From: Octopus vulgaris
Taxonomy: Eukaryota
Length of the DNA stretch: 64,000 bases
NCBI GenBank assembly: GCA_951406725.2
Contig: OX597823.1
Location: 112,220,001 to 112,284,000, forward strand
Reading direction: 5' to 3'
The notes below the pieces were generated by a model. It did no database searches. It was not told where the DNA came from and saw only the letters and a list, made by a program, of their open reading frames with translations. The position numbers and the translations under genes were made by a program. This document shows positions 11,958 through 25,770 of the stretch, piece by piece. How positions within the stretch are numbered: the stretch's first letter is position 1; every line of letters begins with the position of its first letter.

Positions 11958-12150
11958 TCCTTGTGATGGCGTTCACCCAGGGCGGGTTGAGTCGGCTCCT
12001 TCTCTGGTCCTGATGGCATCAGGAACCATGGCGGCCCACGCTCGATGGTCCTGTGCGAGGTCACTGGAGATGGTGAGCTATTCACGGTTCCAACTGCGCA
12101 GACCAACCACCTGTGGACCTGAGAGTTCCGAGAGGTCCTCCTTTATTGTC
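11958..12150 (-). mobile_element. RTE-clade LINE C-terminal fragment
   Basis: Minus translation IKEDLSELSGPQVVGLRSWNRE*LTISSDLAQDHRAWAAMVPDAIRTREGADSTRPG* matches the recalled RTE C-terminal pattern (..LAQDRxAW..STRPG*). Confidence 0.7.
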
Positions 12151-12377
12151 GGAGGAGGACATCGCAAATCAGCTCACCCTCTGTACTGAATCCAGAACCA
12201 TGTGGTTGGGAAACCAGCATCATACGACACAGCCACACCTATATATGCGCATGTATGTGTATGTGTGTGTGTACGTGCATGTGCACATATGTGTGAATCC
12301 CTGTCTTGACATCATGTAGTGGTAATGAGTGAGCTTCACTGTCATCCAAATCATGATTGTTTCCAGTCTGGTAGTAC

Positions 12378-12700
12378 AGGAGTGGCTGGGTGGTAAGTAG
12401 CTTGCTTACCAACCAAATGGTTCTGGGTTCATTCCCACTGAGTGGCACCTTGGGTGAGTGTCTTCTACTATAGTCTCAGGCCGACCAAAGCCGACCAAAG
12501 TGTGTGTGTATGTTTGTGTGTCTGTGTTTGTCCCCACCAACATCGCTTGACAACCGTTGCTGGTGTGTTTATGTCCCTGTAACTTAGCGGTTCGGCAAAA
12601 GAGACCGATAGAATAAGTGCTAGGCTTACAAAGAATAAGTCCTGGGGTCGATTTGCTCGACTAAAGGCGGTACACCAGCATGGCCACAGTCAAATGACAA
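12378..12700 (+). mobile_element. SINE family A
   Basis: ggagtggctgggtggtaagtagcttgc...ctaaaggcggtacaccagcatggccacagtcaaatgac. Confidence 0.8.
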
Positions 12701-13204
12701 TAAAGAAACAAATCACTGAATTTCTTGTCACCCACTCATGCTTGTTGCCAAGCAAGGGTTGGTGACAGGAAGAGCATCCAGTTGTAGAAACAATAACAAC
12801 AGTTGCAACAATTACAACAAAACCAACAACACCAACAACTCCAGCAACATTAGAACAAACAACAACAACAACAACAGCAGTAAAAGTCTTAAGATGTTTT
12901 CAATCAGTACAAAGTTATTGATCAAAGGAGCAGCTTTTCTTCGAGTTCCCCCATCTTTTCCTTCCTTCTTTTCTTTCTCTTTCTATTCTCTGTCTCTCGT
13001 TTTCTCTTTCTCACTTCCTCATTTTACTCAGTCCCTCTTTCTTTCTCTTCCCTCCTTCTCTTTGTTTCCTCTCTCTCTCTCTTCCTCCCTGTTTTCCCAG
13101 CACTCTCTACCCACTCCCCTTCTTTTATTCTCTTCCTCACACTTTTTCCCTTCCATGTTTTTAATGTCTCCTCCCCAAGAGTTAATCAGGGCCATCATGA
13201 AATA

Positions 13205-13790
13205 CTCACACACACACACACACACATACATACACACCTACATACACATATACATACTCACACACACATGCACACATACACATATACATATATATACGAA
13301 TATACATACACACATACGTACATACACATATATATACATATATATGCACACACACATAAGCACACATACATACACATATGCATATATACACATACATACA
13401 CATACACATATATATATATACATACACACATACATACACATACATATACATATACATATATACACATACACACATGCATACATACACACACACATACATA
13501 CACGTACATACACATATACATACACATACACACATACATACACATATACATACACACATACATGCACATATACATACACACATGCGTATGCACACACATA
13601 CATAAATACATGCACACATACATACACATATTCATGCACACATACATACGCATACATACATACACACATACATACATCTGCACACATACATACATATGTA
13701 CATCATACACACATACATACATACATGTATATACATACATCATAAACACATACACATACATACATCATACACACACACATACATACATAT
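13205..13790. repeat. (CA/TA)n compound microsatellite
   Basis: Directly visible. Confidence 0.85.
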
Positions 13791-14016
13791 GGGTGTGTTT
13801 TTCTCTTCTTTCCCTTTCTTTCTCTCCCCCCACCCACCCCCACCTCCTCCTCCCTTTCTTTTATTCACTTCTTTGAAGTCCTGCCAGAGATGCAAAGCAG
13901 CAGTTGACCAAACACGGTTGGCCTTCTTCATCTTAAGCTTGATGCTAATGAGAGCTTGTCACAGCCCAAAGAACAGCAGCAACAAGAACATCAACAAAAG
14001 AAATAAACAACCATAA

Positions 14017-14049
<33 letters not shown>

Positions 14050-14742
14050 AAACAAGGAGAAATTGACACTTTTTAATTGATGTCACCTTGAATTAATTGA
14101 AATACTAGATTAAAGGAAAACACTGCCCCAGCCCCTTCTCATCCTTCCTCACACACACACATCCCCACCACCATCACAACCGCTACCACCACCACAACCA
14201 CCACCACAACTACCGCCACCACAGCCACTACAACCTCCAGCAACATCACCAACATGACAACCACAACCACAACCACCACCACCACCACTACAACCACCAC
14301 CACTACAACCACCACCACAACCGCCACCACTACCACCACCAACAACAACAACACTAAAAACAACCACCACCACCACCACCACTACAACCACCACCACAAC
14401 CGCCACCACTACCACCAACAACAACAACAACACTAAAAACAACCACCACAACCACAACCACCACCACAACCACCAACAACAACAACACTAAAAACAACCA
14501 CCACTACCACTATTACCACCAACAACAACAACAACAACACCTCTCTTCCTGTACAACACCACACTACATCACTCTCTTTGCACTACTCCCACCAATCTCC
14601 CTGCACTCCTTCATTTCTCTCCTCCACCACACACATTATCATACTACATCTTCTCTGCAACACACCACTCCTTCAGTACCAGTATCATACCATTCCCCAT
14701 GCACTACACTACACCACCCTATACTGCGCACTCCTAATATCT

Positions 14743-14974
14743 ATTTCTTTACTACCCACAAGGGGCTAAACACAGAAGGGACAAACAAGGATAGACAAAG
14801 GGATTGAGTCGATTACATCGACCCGAGTGTGTAACTGGTACTTAATTTATCGATACTGGAAGGATGAAAGGCAAAGTCGACCTCGGCGGAATTTGAACTC
14901 AGAACGTAGTGGCAGATGAAATACGGCTAAGCATTTCACCCGGCGTGCTAACGGTTCTGCCAGTTCACCGCCTT
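14743..14974 (-). mobile_element. Nin-domain-like SINE (family N), full length
   Basis: Reverse complement of the 25771 array unit including the head. Confidence 0.85.
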
Positions 14975-15674
14975 AAATACCCCTAATAACCCTAATACCC
15001 TCTATGACAGAACACCACCCCCATCTGCCATTGCATCAGAACCCCTTCACCACACGAGACTCTCCCATGCACCACTCCACACTGCAATATGCTACATTAT
15101 TCCATGCAACATCACACTGGTGGAGTAGTGAGGCTGTTGTGCTCACAGTCACTAAATCATGGGTTCGATCCCCAGACAAGGCAGCATATTGTGTTCTTGA
15201 GCTTGACACTTCATTTCAATTTGCTCCATTTCCATTTCTGATCAGGAGAGAATGTTGGCCTGCTCACCTGACCAGTGGAGTGGCACCACTCGGAAACTAA
15301 AATAATGCAAAGTGCATTGTGACCAGAGATGTGTCACAGCATCTGACAATCTGGTCGGTCATGTGATCACATGATCATATCACATGAGACAACACATACA
15401 GCACGGTACTTCAATACAACATCAAACTACCCTCACTACTCTGCACCACTCTACATCGTTCCAAACCTTGCCCCCTAAAGTCATTTTTGGCCCTGCACAC
15501 CACCACCACCACCACACTATACCTCACTACACCACACCACAGCAGTGTCCCACACGACATCATACCCCAACTGCCCCCACATAATCTCCAACTATACCAC
15601 CACACACACCACAACATACCACCTCACATCATGTTACACTACACACACAACATTGTCATGCTTCTGTCACCACA

Positions 15675-15970
15675 CCACCACCTTCCCCACACCACCACCT
15701 TGCCCATACCACCACCTTCTCCCTCCCCACCACCACCTTCCCACGCCACCACCTTCCCACGCCACCACCTCCCCAAACCACCATCTCCCCACACCACCAC
15801 CTCCCCACACCACCACCTCCCCACACCACCACCTCCCCACACCACCATCTCCCCATGCCACCATCTCCCCACACCATCACCTCCCCACACCACCACCTTC
15901 CCACGCCACCACCTCCCCCAAACCACCATCTCCCCACACCACCTCTCTACACTCCCCAAACCACCACCTC
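15675..15970. repeat. 18-bp C-rich minisatellite (ccaccacctccccacaca-like)
   Basis: Directly visible tandem units; the opposite strand is G-rich. Confidence 0.75.
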
Positions 15971-16573
15971 TCTACACTACTACCTCCCCACACCATCACT
16001 TCCCCACAATGCCACCTCTTCCATATCACCACCATCAGCACCACCTCCACACCGCATCATACCATCTGGTCCCACATATTCACCTCACACCACTCCACAC
16101 CTCTCCTCACATTATATTACCCTACAGCCCTGACCACTTGCCCACTACAGCCTCCATCACCACACCACACCCCCACAATCACACTGCATCATACCACCAC
16201 CACCTCCACCCCACACACTACCATCCCCACATCATCCGATACCACACCGCACCACCTCACATCACATTACAACATGCCCCGACTACACCCCGCCTCAACC
16301 ACTCTACATCACATCATGTCATCCCACCCCAAGCCACACCAGCATGAAATGAAATATCTTGATCAAGAATGCAATGCATCATCTAACCCAAGAATTGAAA
16401 CCTTGATCTTGGTGTCGCGAGTGCCTCATCCTAATGACTAGGCCATGTGCCTTCACTGTAATATTAAAGGAGTATTAAATTCAATCAAGTCAGTTCAAAT
16501 CTGTGTATTTTCTTTATATTGTCTTAGGTAGAAGACCACAAATTGTAAGGAGAGCTTACTGCCAATTGAATCC

Positions 16574-16803
16574 ATTTCTTTATTACCCACAAGGGCTAAA
16601 CACAGAGAGGACAAACAAGGACAGACAAACGGATTAAGTCGATTACATCGACCCCAGAGCGTAACTGGTACTTAATTTATCGATCCCGAAAGGACGAAAG
16701 GCAAAGTGGACCTGGGCGGAATTTGAACTCAGAACGTAACGGCAGACAAAATATGGCTACGCATTTCGCCCGGCGTGCTAACGATTCTGCCAAATCGCCA
16801 CCT
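16574..16803 (-). mobile_element. Nin-domain-like SINE (family N), full length
   Basis: Same sequence family as 14743-14974. Confidence 0.85.
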
Positions 16804-16867
16804 TTTGAATCACCAAATCAAAGTGTATGAGTGATACAGCAAATTTTTGAATTGGAAGTGTAGAAAA

Positions 16868-17124
16868 ATTGTGAAAGGCAAGAGAGTCCAGTTTGCTGGA
16901 CATTGTTGTAGAGTTGAAAAAAAGGTAATTTCTACTCTTCTCCTCTGGAAGCCACCTACTCGCAGTACCAGAGGGCGCACACTCTCCTACCCTGATGTAA
17001 TCTCCAGGGATAAAGGTATCAAGCAATAGGACCTCCGTAATGCCATGATGGACCGTGAAGTCTGGCGTAGCATGGTAAATTCCATTGTCTCGACCACGGT
17101 CAATCAATGATGATGATGATGATG
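16868..17124 (+). mobile_element. RTE-like LINE 3' fragment with (TGA)n tail
   Basis: VKGKRVQFAGHCCR..LLLWKP..RGRTLSYPDVISRD..AMMDREVWR; same family as 61180-61752. Confidence 0.8.
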
Positions 17125-17194
17125 TAGAAAAATTATAGATTCAAATAGTGTAGTGAATGAAATACGTAACATATAGGTGCACATTGCTTTTATC

Positions 17195-17590
17195 AGTGGC
17201 TGTGTGATGAGTAGCTCGCTTACCAACCACATGGTTCCGGGTTCAGTCCCACTGCGTGGCATTTTGGGCAAGTGTCTTCTACAATAGCCTCGGACCGACC
17301 AAAGCCTTGTGAGTGGATTTAGTAGACGGAAACTGAAAGAAGCCCATTGTATATATGTATATATATATATGTGTGTGTATGTGTTTGTGTTTGAGCCCCC
17401 AACATTGCTTGACAACCGATGCTGGTGTGTTTACGTGCCTGTAACCTAGCAGTTTGGCAAAAGAGACCGATAGAATAAGTACTAGGCTTACAAAGAATAA
17501 GTCCTGGGATCGATTTGCTTGACTAAAGGCGGTGCTCCAGCATGGCCGCAATCAAATGACAAACAAATAAAAGAAAGTAAAAGAGTAAAA
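17195..17590 (+). mobile_element. SINE family A, full length
   Basis: tRNA-like head (gtggctgtgtgatgagtagc..gggttcagtccc), central microsatellite and conserved tail. Confidence 0.85.
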
Positions 17591-18315
17591 TAGACGCAGA
17601 AAGGCAATTTATATTCTCTTCTTGACGCTAACAATTATTTTGATTGTCACAGATCCAACTGAAAAAAACAGGATTCTGGATACAAAGGAGTTTTGATTTT
17701 GGTGTCAAGGAATGGTAAATCATGAATGGGAGTTAGGAATTTCTGAAGATTTGACAATGAAATTGGATTACATAATTCATATGATACAAATGATAATCAC
17801 TCTTAATTAATAGAATATGGATAAGATGATGTAGGTAGATATTCTATAAATGAACACTCCAGTTTTGTTTTGTTGTTGTGTGTGTGTGTGTGTGCATGTA
17901 CGTATGTGTGTGTGTGGATATGTGCACATGCATTGGAGTTTGCATGCTTATGTAGGAGGCAAACATGTATGTATATAATAACTGTGGACTTACATGTATA
18001 CAGAGTGTGTACATAAATGGGGTTAGGATCAATTAAATCAAAATTCTTGAATTGCTTGATATCTTTTCTATTCTTTTGATGACAACATGTGTAGAATGCT
18101 TTGTTTTCTTGATAGCAGTGTGTTTGGCATTCCTTATGTGCTGTAAACCACAGCATATGTGGAATAACATTGAAAACGGTGATTCCTTGGTTGCAAAAGT
18201 ATCTCTGCTGTTCAGTGTCTATCAAGGCTTTTTAATCTGTTAGAGAATACTGGGTTGTGAGGCTGCTTGTTGCTATGAGGTTTATATCACTGCCAACTTT
18301 AGCAGTGGCATGCTT

Positions 18316-18587
18316 GTTCCTTCTCGAGCCACACCTGGCTCATAAGGGCCGGTTTTCCAGTTTCTTGGCATATAGTCCATTGCCAGTGAGCTGCAAGATG
18401 CAGGAGGAACGAGTGAGAGAAAGTTGTGGCAAAAGAGTCAGCAGAAGTTCGCCATTACCTTCTGCTGGAGCCGCGTGGAGCTTAGGTATTTTGCTCATAA
18501 ACACATACGTCTCCCGGTCTAAGATTCGAACCTGCGATCCCTCGACCGCAAGTCTGCTGCTCTAACCACTTGGCCATGTGCCTCCAC
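18316..18587 (-). mobile_element. tRNA(Arg)-like SINE family D
   Basis: Homologous to 43799-44095. Minus head gtggaggcacatggccaagtggttagagcagc..ggttcgaatc. Confidence 0.8.
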
Positions 18588-19464
18588 TAGCAGTGGCATA
18601 GGGTTCAGTTATTAAGTGTACCTATGGATGTAGCCACGTACAAATTACTGATATCTATGCTGATTGGCTGGGAATTCAATTAAAATATTTGGTCCGTGAG
18701 TACATCAGTGGGTTTGAGTTAACCTGTGTGTGGTGCAGTTTTAGGTCACATCAGGGTATGCCATAGAGTGTGTGCACTGATGTGAGTTCATATCACTGGC
18801 ATGCCATTAATCGAGCATACACATAAATATGCATTTGTATTCCCATCTGTGGTATGCCATGGAGTATATCTATGAATGTGAGTTGTATTCCCTTCATCAG
18901 TGGTGGGAAGGTGACAAACGAAGCCCTAATCTAATGACAGCTGACGACCAGAATCATTAGAGATTCAGATGGGAAGCCTTATAATATTTGTTCCAAGACT
19001 TTGCATTCTGTGTTCAAATCTTGCTATGTCCTACCTGGGCAACAAACTTAAGTCTTAGCTGTTTGAGAACACCACCTAGTCCTTGGGTGCCATTAAAGGA
19101 ACCTATTCTGTGGTAAGCATTAGGGCCAGGTATCCAGTTTGTGGATACCTTCCTCCCTCTCCCATCCACTAATTTAAAGGGCCATAGACACTGCTCTGAC
19201 CTGACCAATCAATAATGGTTTCAAATTTTGGCACAAGGTCAGCAATTTTATGGGAAGGGGTAAGTCAATTACATCAACCCCTGTTCTTGACTGGTACTTT
19301 ATTTTATCGACCCAATAATGATGAAAGGACAGTTTACCTCAATGGTATTTGATCTCAGACCATAAAGAACTGGAAAATTGCTGCTAAGTGTTTTGCCTGC
19401 TGCACCAAAAATTCTACCAGTTTTCTTCCGCTAATCAGTAAAACTTTCTAATATTCTTTTTTCT

Positions 19465-19833
19465 TTTATTCTCCTTCTTGTTTCAGTCATTTCACTGCAG
19501 CCATGCTGGAGTCGAACAAATCGACCTGAGGACTTATTCTTTGTAAGTCTAGTACTTATTCTATTGGTCTCTTTGCCAAATTGCTAGGTTATTGGGACAT
19601 AAACACACCAGCATCGTTTGTCAAGCAATGGTGGGGGGACAAACACACACACACACATATACACATATACAACAGGCTTCTTTTAGTTTCCGTCTACCAA
19701 ATCCATTCACAAGTCTTTGGTCGGCCCGAGGCTATAGTAGAAGTCACTTGCCCAAGGTGCCATGCAGTGGGACTGAACCCGGAACCATGTGGTTGGTAAG
19801 CAAGCTACTTATCACACAGCCACTCCCGCACCT
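19465..19833 (-). mobile_element. SINE family A
   Basis: Reverse complement of the 17195-17590 family; flanked by diverged family N copies at 19210-19430 and 19835-20047. Confidence 0.8.
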
Positions 19834-20504
19834 ACAGACGAAAGGTGTGACACTTGGTGGAAGGGAGCTAGTTGATTAAGTTGATTACATCAACCCCAGT
19901 GCTCAACAGGTACTTATTTTTTGGACCCCAAAAGAATGAAAAGCAAACTCAGCCTCAGAGGAATTTGAACTCACAACAGAAAGATGAATGAAATGCTGTG
20001 AAACATTTTGTCCAGTGTGCTAACAATACCGCCAACTCGCTCCTACTAATCAATAATAAAAAGAAATATTGGATATGTTAGTTTCACATCGATTTCTACA
20101 TTACTATGCAGTTTCTGATTTTTTATGAACTTCTTTGATGAACCAACATTTCTATAGTTTGTTTATCTTGGCAGAATGTTGCAGAATTAGTCTAAGACTA
20201 TATTACTGGCTGGCTCACTGGCTGGCTGGCTGGTTAGTTATTGTGTGCATGTGTGTGTGTGTGTCAGTGTGTTTCTTGGAGAGGTGGAGAGGATGAATTC
20301 TGGTTTGAAATTGAAAAACAATAAAAGCAAAAATAAAAAAAAAAGAATTTAGAACAGAATTGTAAAAACAAAGCCTTATGATTATAATTCTTTATCACAT
20401 GTGCAATGTTCAATGGGATATGTAAGAGAATTTCACACCAGATAATGATGTTTTAACATCCTCACAGATATAAAGAAATGTTACAAACATGTGCCTATAT
20501 GTGT

Positions 20505-21400
<896 letters not shown>

Positions 21401-21879
21401 CAGACATACTGGCTCTACCGACTCCCACATATATTCTAATCATAGTTAGCTTCACTCAACTGTTAATATCAACCGCTTCTACGGACTTTTTTTTTTTCCT
21501 GAATCCAAGAGAAGGTTTTGTTAATGTGCAGCAACAGTTCAATAACACTAGTATGTGTTGTCGTGCTTCTCTGGAGCATGCACATATGCAAATACACAAT
21601 GCATGTTAATGCATTTATGCAATTTAGAACAAACCTCTACTTGGATGTGAATGTCATATTAACTTTCTGAATTGGTTTTTAACTGCAAAATATTTTCTTG
21701 ATATTCTTGCAGATGTTGTTGTTGATGTTGTTGTTATTGTTATCTCTTATGGTGCAGTTATTATTGTTGCTGTTATTGTTACAAGTATTCCTATTAATGT
21801 TCTGGTTGTTGTTGCTGTTGTTGTTATGGTGGTGTTAGCCTTGTGTTTGTTGTAGTCTTTGTTGTTACTGTTGTTGATT

Positions 21880-21913
<34 letters not shown>

Positions 21914-22207
21914 TGGTGGTGGTTGTGGTGTCTCACTACTGTTATTGCTGTTTGCTTTCTAGCCTCAGGTTAGGCCTGACTGAGCGTATCTATGATCAAA
22001 GACATTCCATCCATGACTATCCTATCAGTTTCTCATGTGCATGATAGGCAGTAATAGTGGTAGTGGTGGAGGAGGTTGTGGTGGGGTGGTTGTACAAGCA
22101 ATAGCTGGTGCAGAAGCAGCAGCAGTAGCAGCAACAACAGCAGCAGTGATTGTAGTTGTAGTGGGAGTGGTTATGGTGGTTAGTAAAAGTAGCGGTGGCA
22201 GTAGTAG

Positions 22208-22435
22208 GGGAAGGAGGAGGAAGGGGGAGGAAGGAGATGGTGAAGAGGAGGAGGAAGGGGGAGGAAGGAGATGGTGAAGAGGAGGAGGAAGGGGAGGAAG
22301 GAGATGGTGAAGAGGAGGAGGAAGGGGGAGGAAGGAGATGGTGAAGAGGAGGAGGAAGGGGAGGGTGAAGAGGAGGAGGAGGGAGGAAAAGGAGGGGAAG
22401 GGGAGGAGGAAGAGGAGGGGGAAAGAGGAGGAAGA
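22208..22435. repeat. Polypurine minisatellite (~33-bp gaaggagatggtgaagaggaggaggaagggggag)
   Basis: Directly visible tandem units. Confidence 0.75.
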
Positions 22436-22505
22436 GGCGGAACAGTGGCATCAGCAGTGGTGGTGGTGGTGGTTGTAGGTCTCTACAAGCTACTACAAGA
22501 TGTCC

Positions 22506-23129
22506 CTGATTAGTACATCAAATTGTGCCTCAAATTCACTCACCATTCAGCAAGTTAATTCACTCCAGACAGTTGAATGCAGCGATGAGAGTGCTGGTTG
22601 ACCTGCAACTACCACTGATTTGAGATATCGGTTACTATCTTAGTATCATGATATATTGGCAATTTCCTCTCAGCAGAACACAGTAATAACATCTCTTGTC
22701 CCACTTCAGCTTAAATATCAAGAATATATGTACCTTAACCAAGAAATGGGATACAAATGGCTCTATTGGTGATTGTAGAATCCTGGAAAACCTTTGGGAT
22801 TTATTACAACCTTAAATCTGATTAGTACATCAAATTGTGCCTCAAATTCACTCACCATTCAGCAAGTTAATTCACTCCAGACAGTTGAATGCAGCGATGA
22901 GAGTGCTGGTTGACCTGCAACTACCACTGATTTGAGATATCGGTTACTATCTCAGTATCATGATATATTGGCAATTTCCTCTCAGCAGAACACAGTAATA
23001 ACACTCTTGTCCCACTTCAGCTTAAATATCAAGAATATATGTACCTTAACCAAGAAATGGGATACAAATGGCTCTATTGGTGGATTGTAGAATCCTGGAA
23101 AACTTTTGGGATTTATTACAACCTTAAAT
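22506..23129. repeat. 312-bp near-identical tandem duplication
   Basis: ctgattagtacatcaaattg starts at 22506 and again at 22818; only a few differences between copies. Confidence 0.9.
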
Positions 23130-23130
23130 C

Positions 23131-23517
23131 TAAAACCCTAATCCTAACCTTAAAAACTTAACCCTAAATCCCTAATCCTAAAACCTTAACCCTAAAACTC
23201 TAACACCCTAACCCTAACACCCTAACCCTAAAACCTTAAAGCTAAAACCAGTACAAACACATGAACGATGTTATAAATAACAGTGACAAATGAAAAATAT
23301 ATCACCGATATTTAGCTGAATACACGTCATTGATTGGTTGAAGTTACTGAAATACGAGAACTTCAACACGAAATAACTTTATAAACATAAACTTTTCTCA
23401 AAAACGCTCAGAGTAAAAGGTGTTTTATATGACACATTCTACCAGTATACGAAGTTTGAAAGTGTTTAGTTGCAAAAAATTATTTTTTAAAATCTGTCGG
23501 TCAAAAGGTAAAGATTC
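23131..23517 (-). mobile_element. Truncated relative of the 28118 MITE with a degenerate (CCCTAA)n tract
   Basis: The reverse complement of 23400-23517 aligns with 28118-28240 (aaacttcgtatactggtagaatgtgt). 23131-23245 is telomere-like. Confidence 0.7.
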
Positions 23518-23853
23518 AACGTTTGTTACAATTTCTACCATAGGTTATAAAGTATAAGGTTAATGATATTACCAATATTGGAATTTAGTTAAGTCTTCAA
23601 TACAATATGTCTTTAAAGATGCAACTCTTTGCATGTGTTTGTAAATATTTATCAGTTTGTCAGATAAATTTGTTTGTTTGTTTCCAGGGTTATTTGAATT
23701 AGCATGGAAAATATTTTTATCACAATGCTTCGTAGTTTGTTAGTTTTCTTTTGTCTTTCCTTTTCTTTTTTTGTAGCTCTGTACTCAGTCCTTCTTCCAT
23801 AACTTTTGTTTATCTTTTTCAATTTTGAATAAATTTTACCTCTTTTCTAACAT

Positions 23854-24208
23854 ATGATGGTGGACTGCCAAGTAGAAAAGTGTGAGCATTTTTGACTCCT
23901 GTTTCTTTACCCTTTCGATCAAGGTTCCAAATCTGCTAGAAACCACTTGAGACACTTGTGCTGTGTATGAAGATGGAGCTATTGCTGAAAGAACTGCACA
24001 GAAATAGCTCAGCTGCTCCAAGGAGGGGAAATTTGACTTCACCAATTCTCCACATTTCAATCAACCCATGCAGTTCAAAGAGATCAATTGAACAAGCTAA
24101 TCAATGAGAAGCTACATCAGTCCACCAGAGAATTGACCCAGCAGAGAGGATGCTCTCTTGATACCACTGTCCTACCTTCACTTCATGAGTAAGGTTCAGA
24201 AACTTGGT
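23854..24208 (+). mobile_element. Degenerate mariner (Mos1/SETMAR-type) transposase N-terminal fragment
   Basis: Across frameshifts: DCQVEKCEHF*LLFLYPFDQGSKSA..TCAVYEDGAIAERTAQK..KEGKFDFTNSP..QSTRELTQ..MSKVQKLG, the mariner HTH region. Confidence 0.75.
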
Positions 24209-24344
24209 CCATATATATATATAAATAGCTGTTTGATAAGAATCTTGTTTCCCAACTGCATAGTTCTGGGTTCAGTCCCACTCTGTGGCACCTTGAGCGT
24301 GTGTCTTCTGTTATAGCCATTGGGGGACCAAAGCCTGCGGCGAA

Positions 24345-24500
24345 GCTGGAACATCACCTTTAGTCAAACAAATCGACCCCAGTACTTATTCTTTGTAAGC
24401 CTAGTACTTATTCTGTCAGTCTCTTTTTGCCGAACCACTAAGTTATGGGGACATATACACATATCAAGCGATGGTGGAGGACAAACATAGACATACAAAA

Positions 24501-24535
<35 letters not shown>

Positions 24536-24700
24536 CGACAGGCTTTTTTCAATTTCCATTTACTAAATCCACTCACAAGGCTTTGGTTGGCCTGAGGCCA
24601 TAACAGAAGACACTAGTCAAAGGTGCCACACAGCGAGATTGAACCCAGAACCATGTGGTTGGAAAGCAAGCTTCCTACCACACAGCCACACCTGCACCTA
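24345..24700 (-). mobile_element. SINE family A
   Basis: Reverse complement of family A; preceded by a plus-strand head fragment at 24225-24336. Confidence 0.8.
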
Positions 24701-24782
24701 TGTATTTTTGTATGTATGCGTGAATGCATGAATGTGTAAATGTGTATGTATACATGCATCATACATATACATACACACATAC

Positions 24783-24817
<35 letters not shown>

Positions 24818-24873
24818 TATGTATATATATATATATAAACAAAGATAAATGCGATACAATAAAATTAATTTCA

Positions 24874-24945
24874 TCCTCGGTAGTATAGTGGTAAGTATCC
24901 CCGCCTGTCACGTGGGAGACCGGGGTTCGATTCCCCGCCGGGGAG
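24874..24945 (+). tRNA. trnD-GTC: tRNA-Asp (GTC)
   Basis: 72 nt TCCTCGGTAGTATAGTGGTAAGTATCCCCGCCT-GTC-ACGTGGGAGACCGGGGTTCGATTCCCCGCCGGGGAG. Acceptor TCCTCGG/CCGGGGA, intact A and B boxes, one G-U pair in the anticodon stem. Confidence 0.95.
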
Positions 24946-24955
24946 ACATTGGTAC

Positions 24956-24960
<5 letters not shown>
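24956..24960 (+). terminator. Pol III terminator (T5) of tRNA-Asp
   Basis: TTTTT 10 nt after the tRNA 3' end. Confidence 0.7.
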
Positions 24961-25006
<46 letters not shown>

Positions 25007-25770
25007 GTATATGTATGTATATATGTATATATATATATATATGTATATATATACACATACATACATACATACATACATACATACATCATGCCCACACATA
25101 GTATACATGTACACACATAGACTCACACACAGACACACATGAATTAAAAGTAATATTAAGCAAAATAGAAATCTGTGCTAATTTTCAGAGTACAGCGCAT
25201 ATTTTATTGATATTGGAGATTCCATCTTTACAGTAGAACAATTAGTTTCAATATAATGTGGCTTTTCAGGTAAATTAATGTAAGTTTTATTACTTCACCT
25301 TCGTATATTGAAAAAGAATGAAAGGCTACTGTTGTATTTCGGTGAAGATTTATTTGGTTTATAAGTCCTACATTTCCATTGTCTGTTGTATACGTAGGGT
25401 TTCTATATTTGTTTGCGTTTGTTTAGATAATGTCGCTTGTGTATACGTCTGCATGTGTATATATGCATATGCTTGTAGGAGCATTGGAATTGCAAGATGC
25501 GTTTCAATGATGGATTATTTGATTTTTTTTAAGGCATTTGTTTTCATTGACTAATGTAGTTTTTGTGTGTTCCTGCGTATGTGAGTTCATTTAAGCAGTT
25601 TGGTGTTAAGTGTTTGTCGAAAGTTTTCTGTATGTTTGTGTGTGAGGAACAATATGACGTGTTTCATTGGCAGAAAGTTTGTTTTGTATGAAGGATTTTC
25701 ATTGGATGTTGTATATAGGTTGTTTCTTTGTCTGTGTGGTTAATGGCGTATGTGTGTCAGATGAATGGAT

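Noticed and set aside
18925-18980. CTGACGA..gaatc/gattc..GAAG hammerhead-like string
   Set aside because: GAAA, stem III and stem I are missing, so it could be chance.
23131-23245. True telomere or chromosome fusion site
   Set aside because: The tract is short, degenerate and embedded in a MITE-related sequence, with no head-to-head telomeric arrangement.
25220-25765. Possible second GIY-YIG relic on the minus strand (LTYAGTHKNYISQ)
   Set aside because: Too degenerate to support by eye; it needs a translated HMM search.
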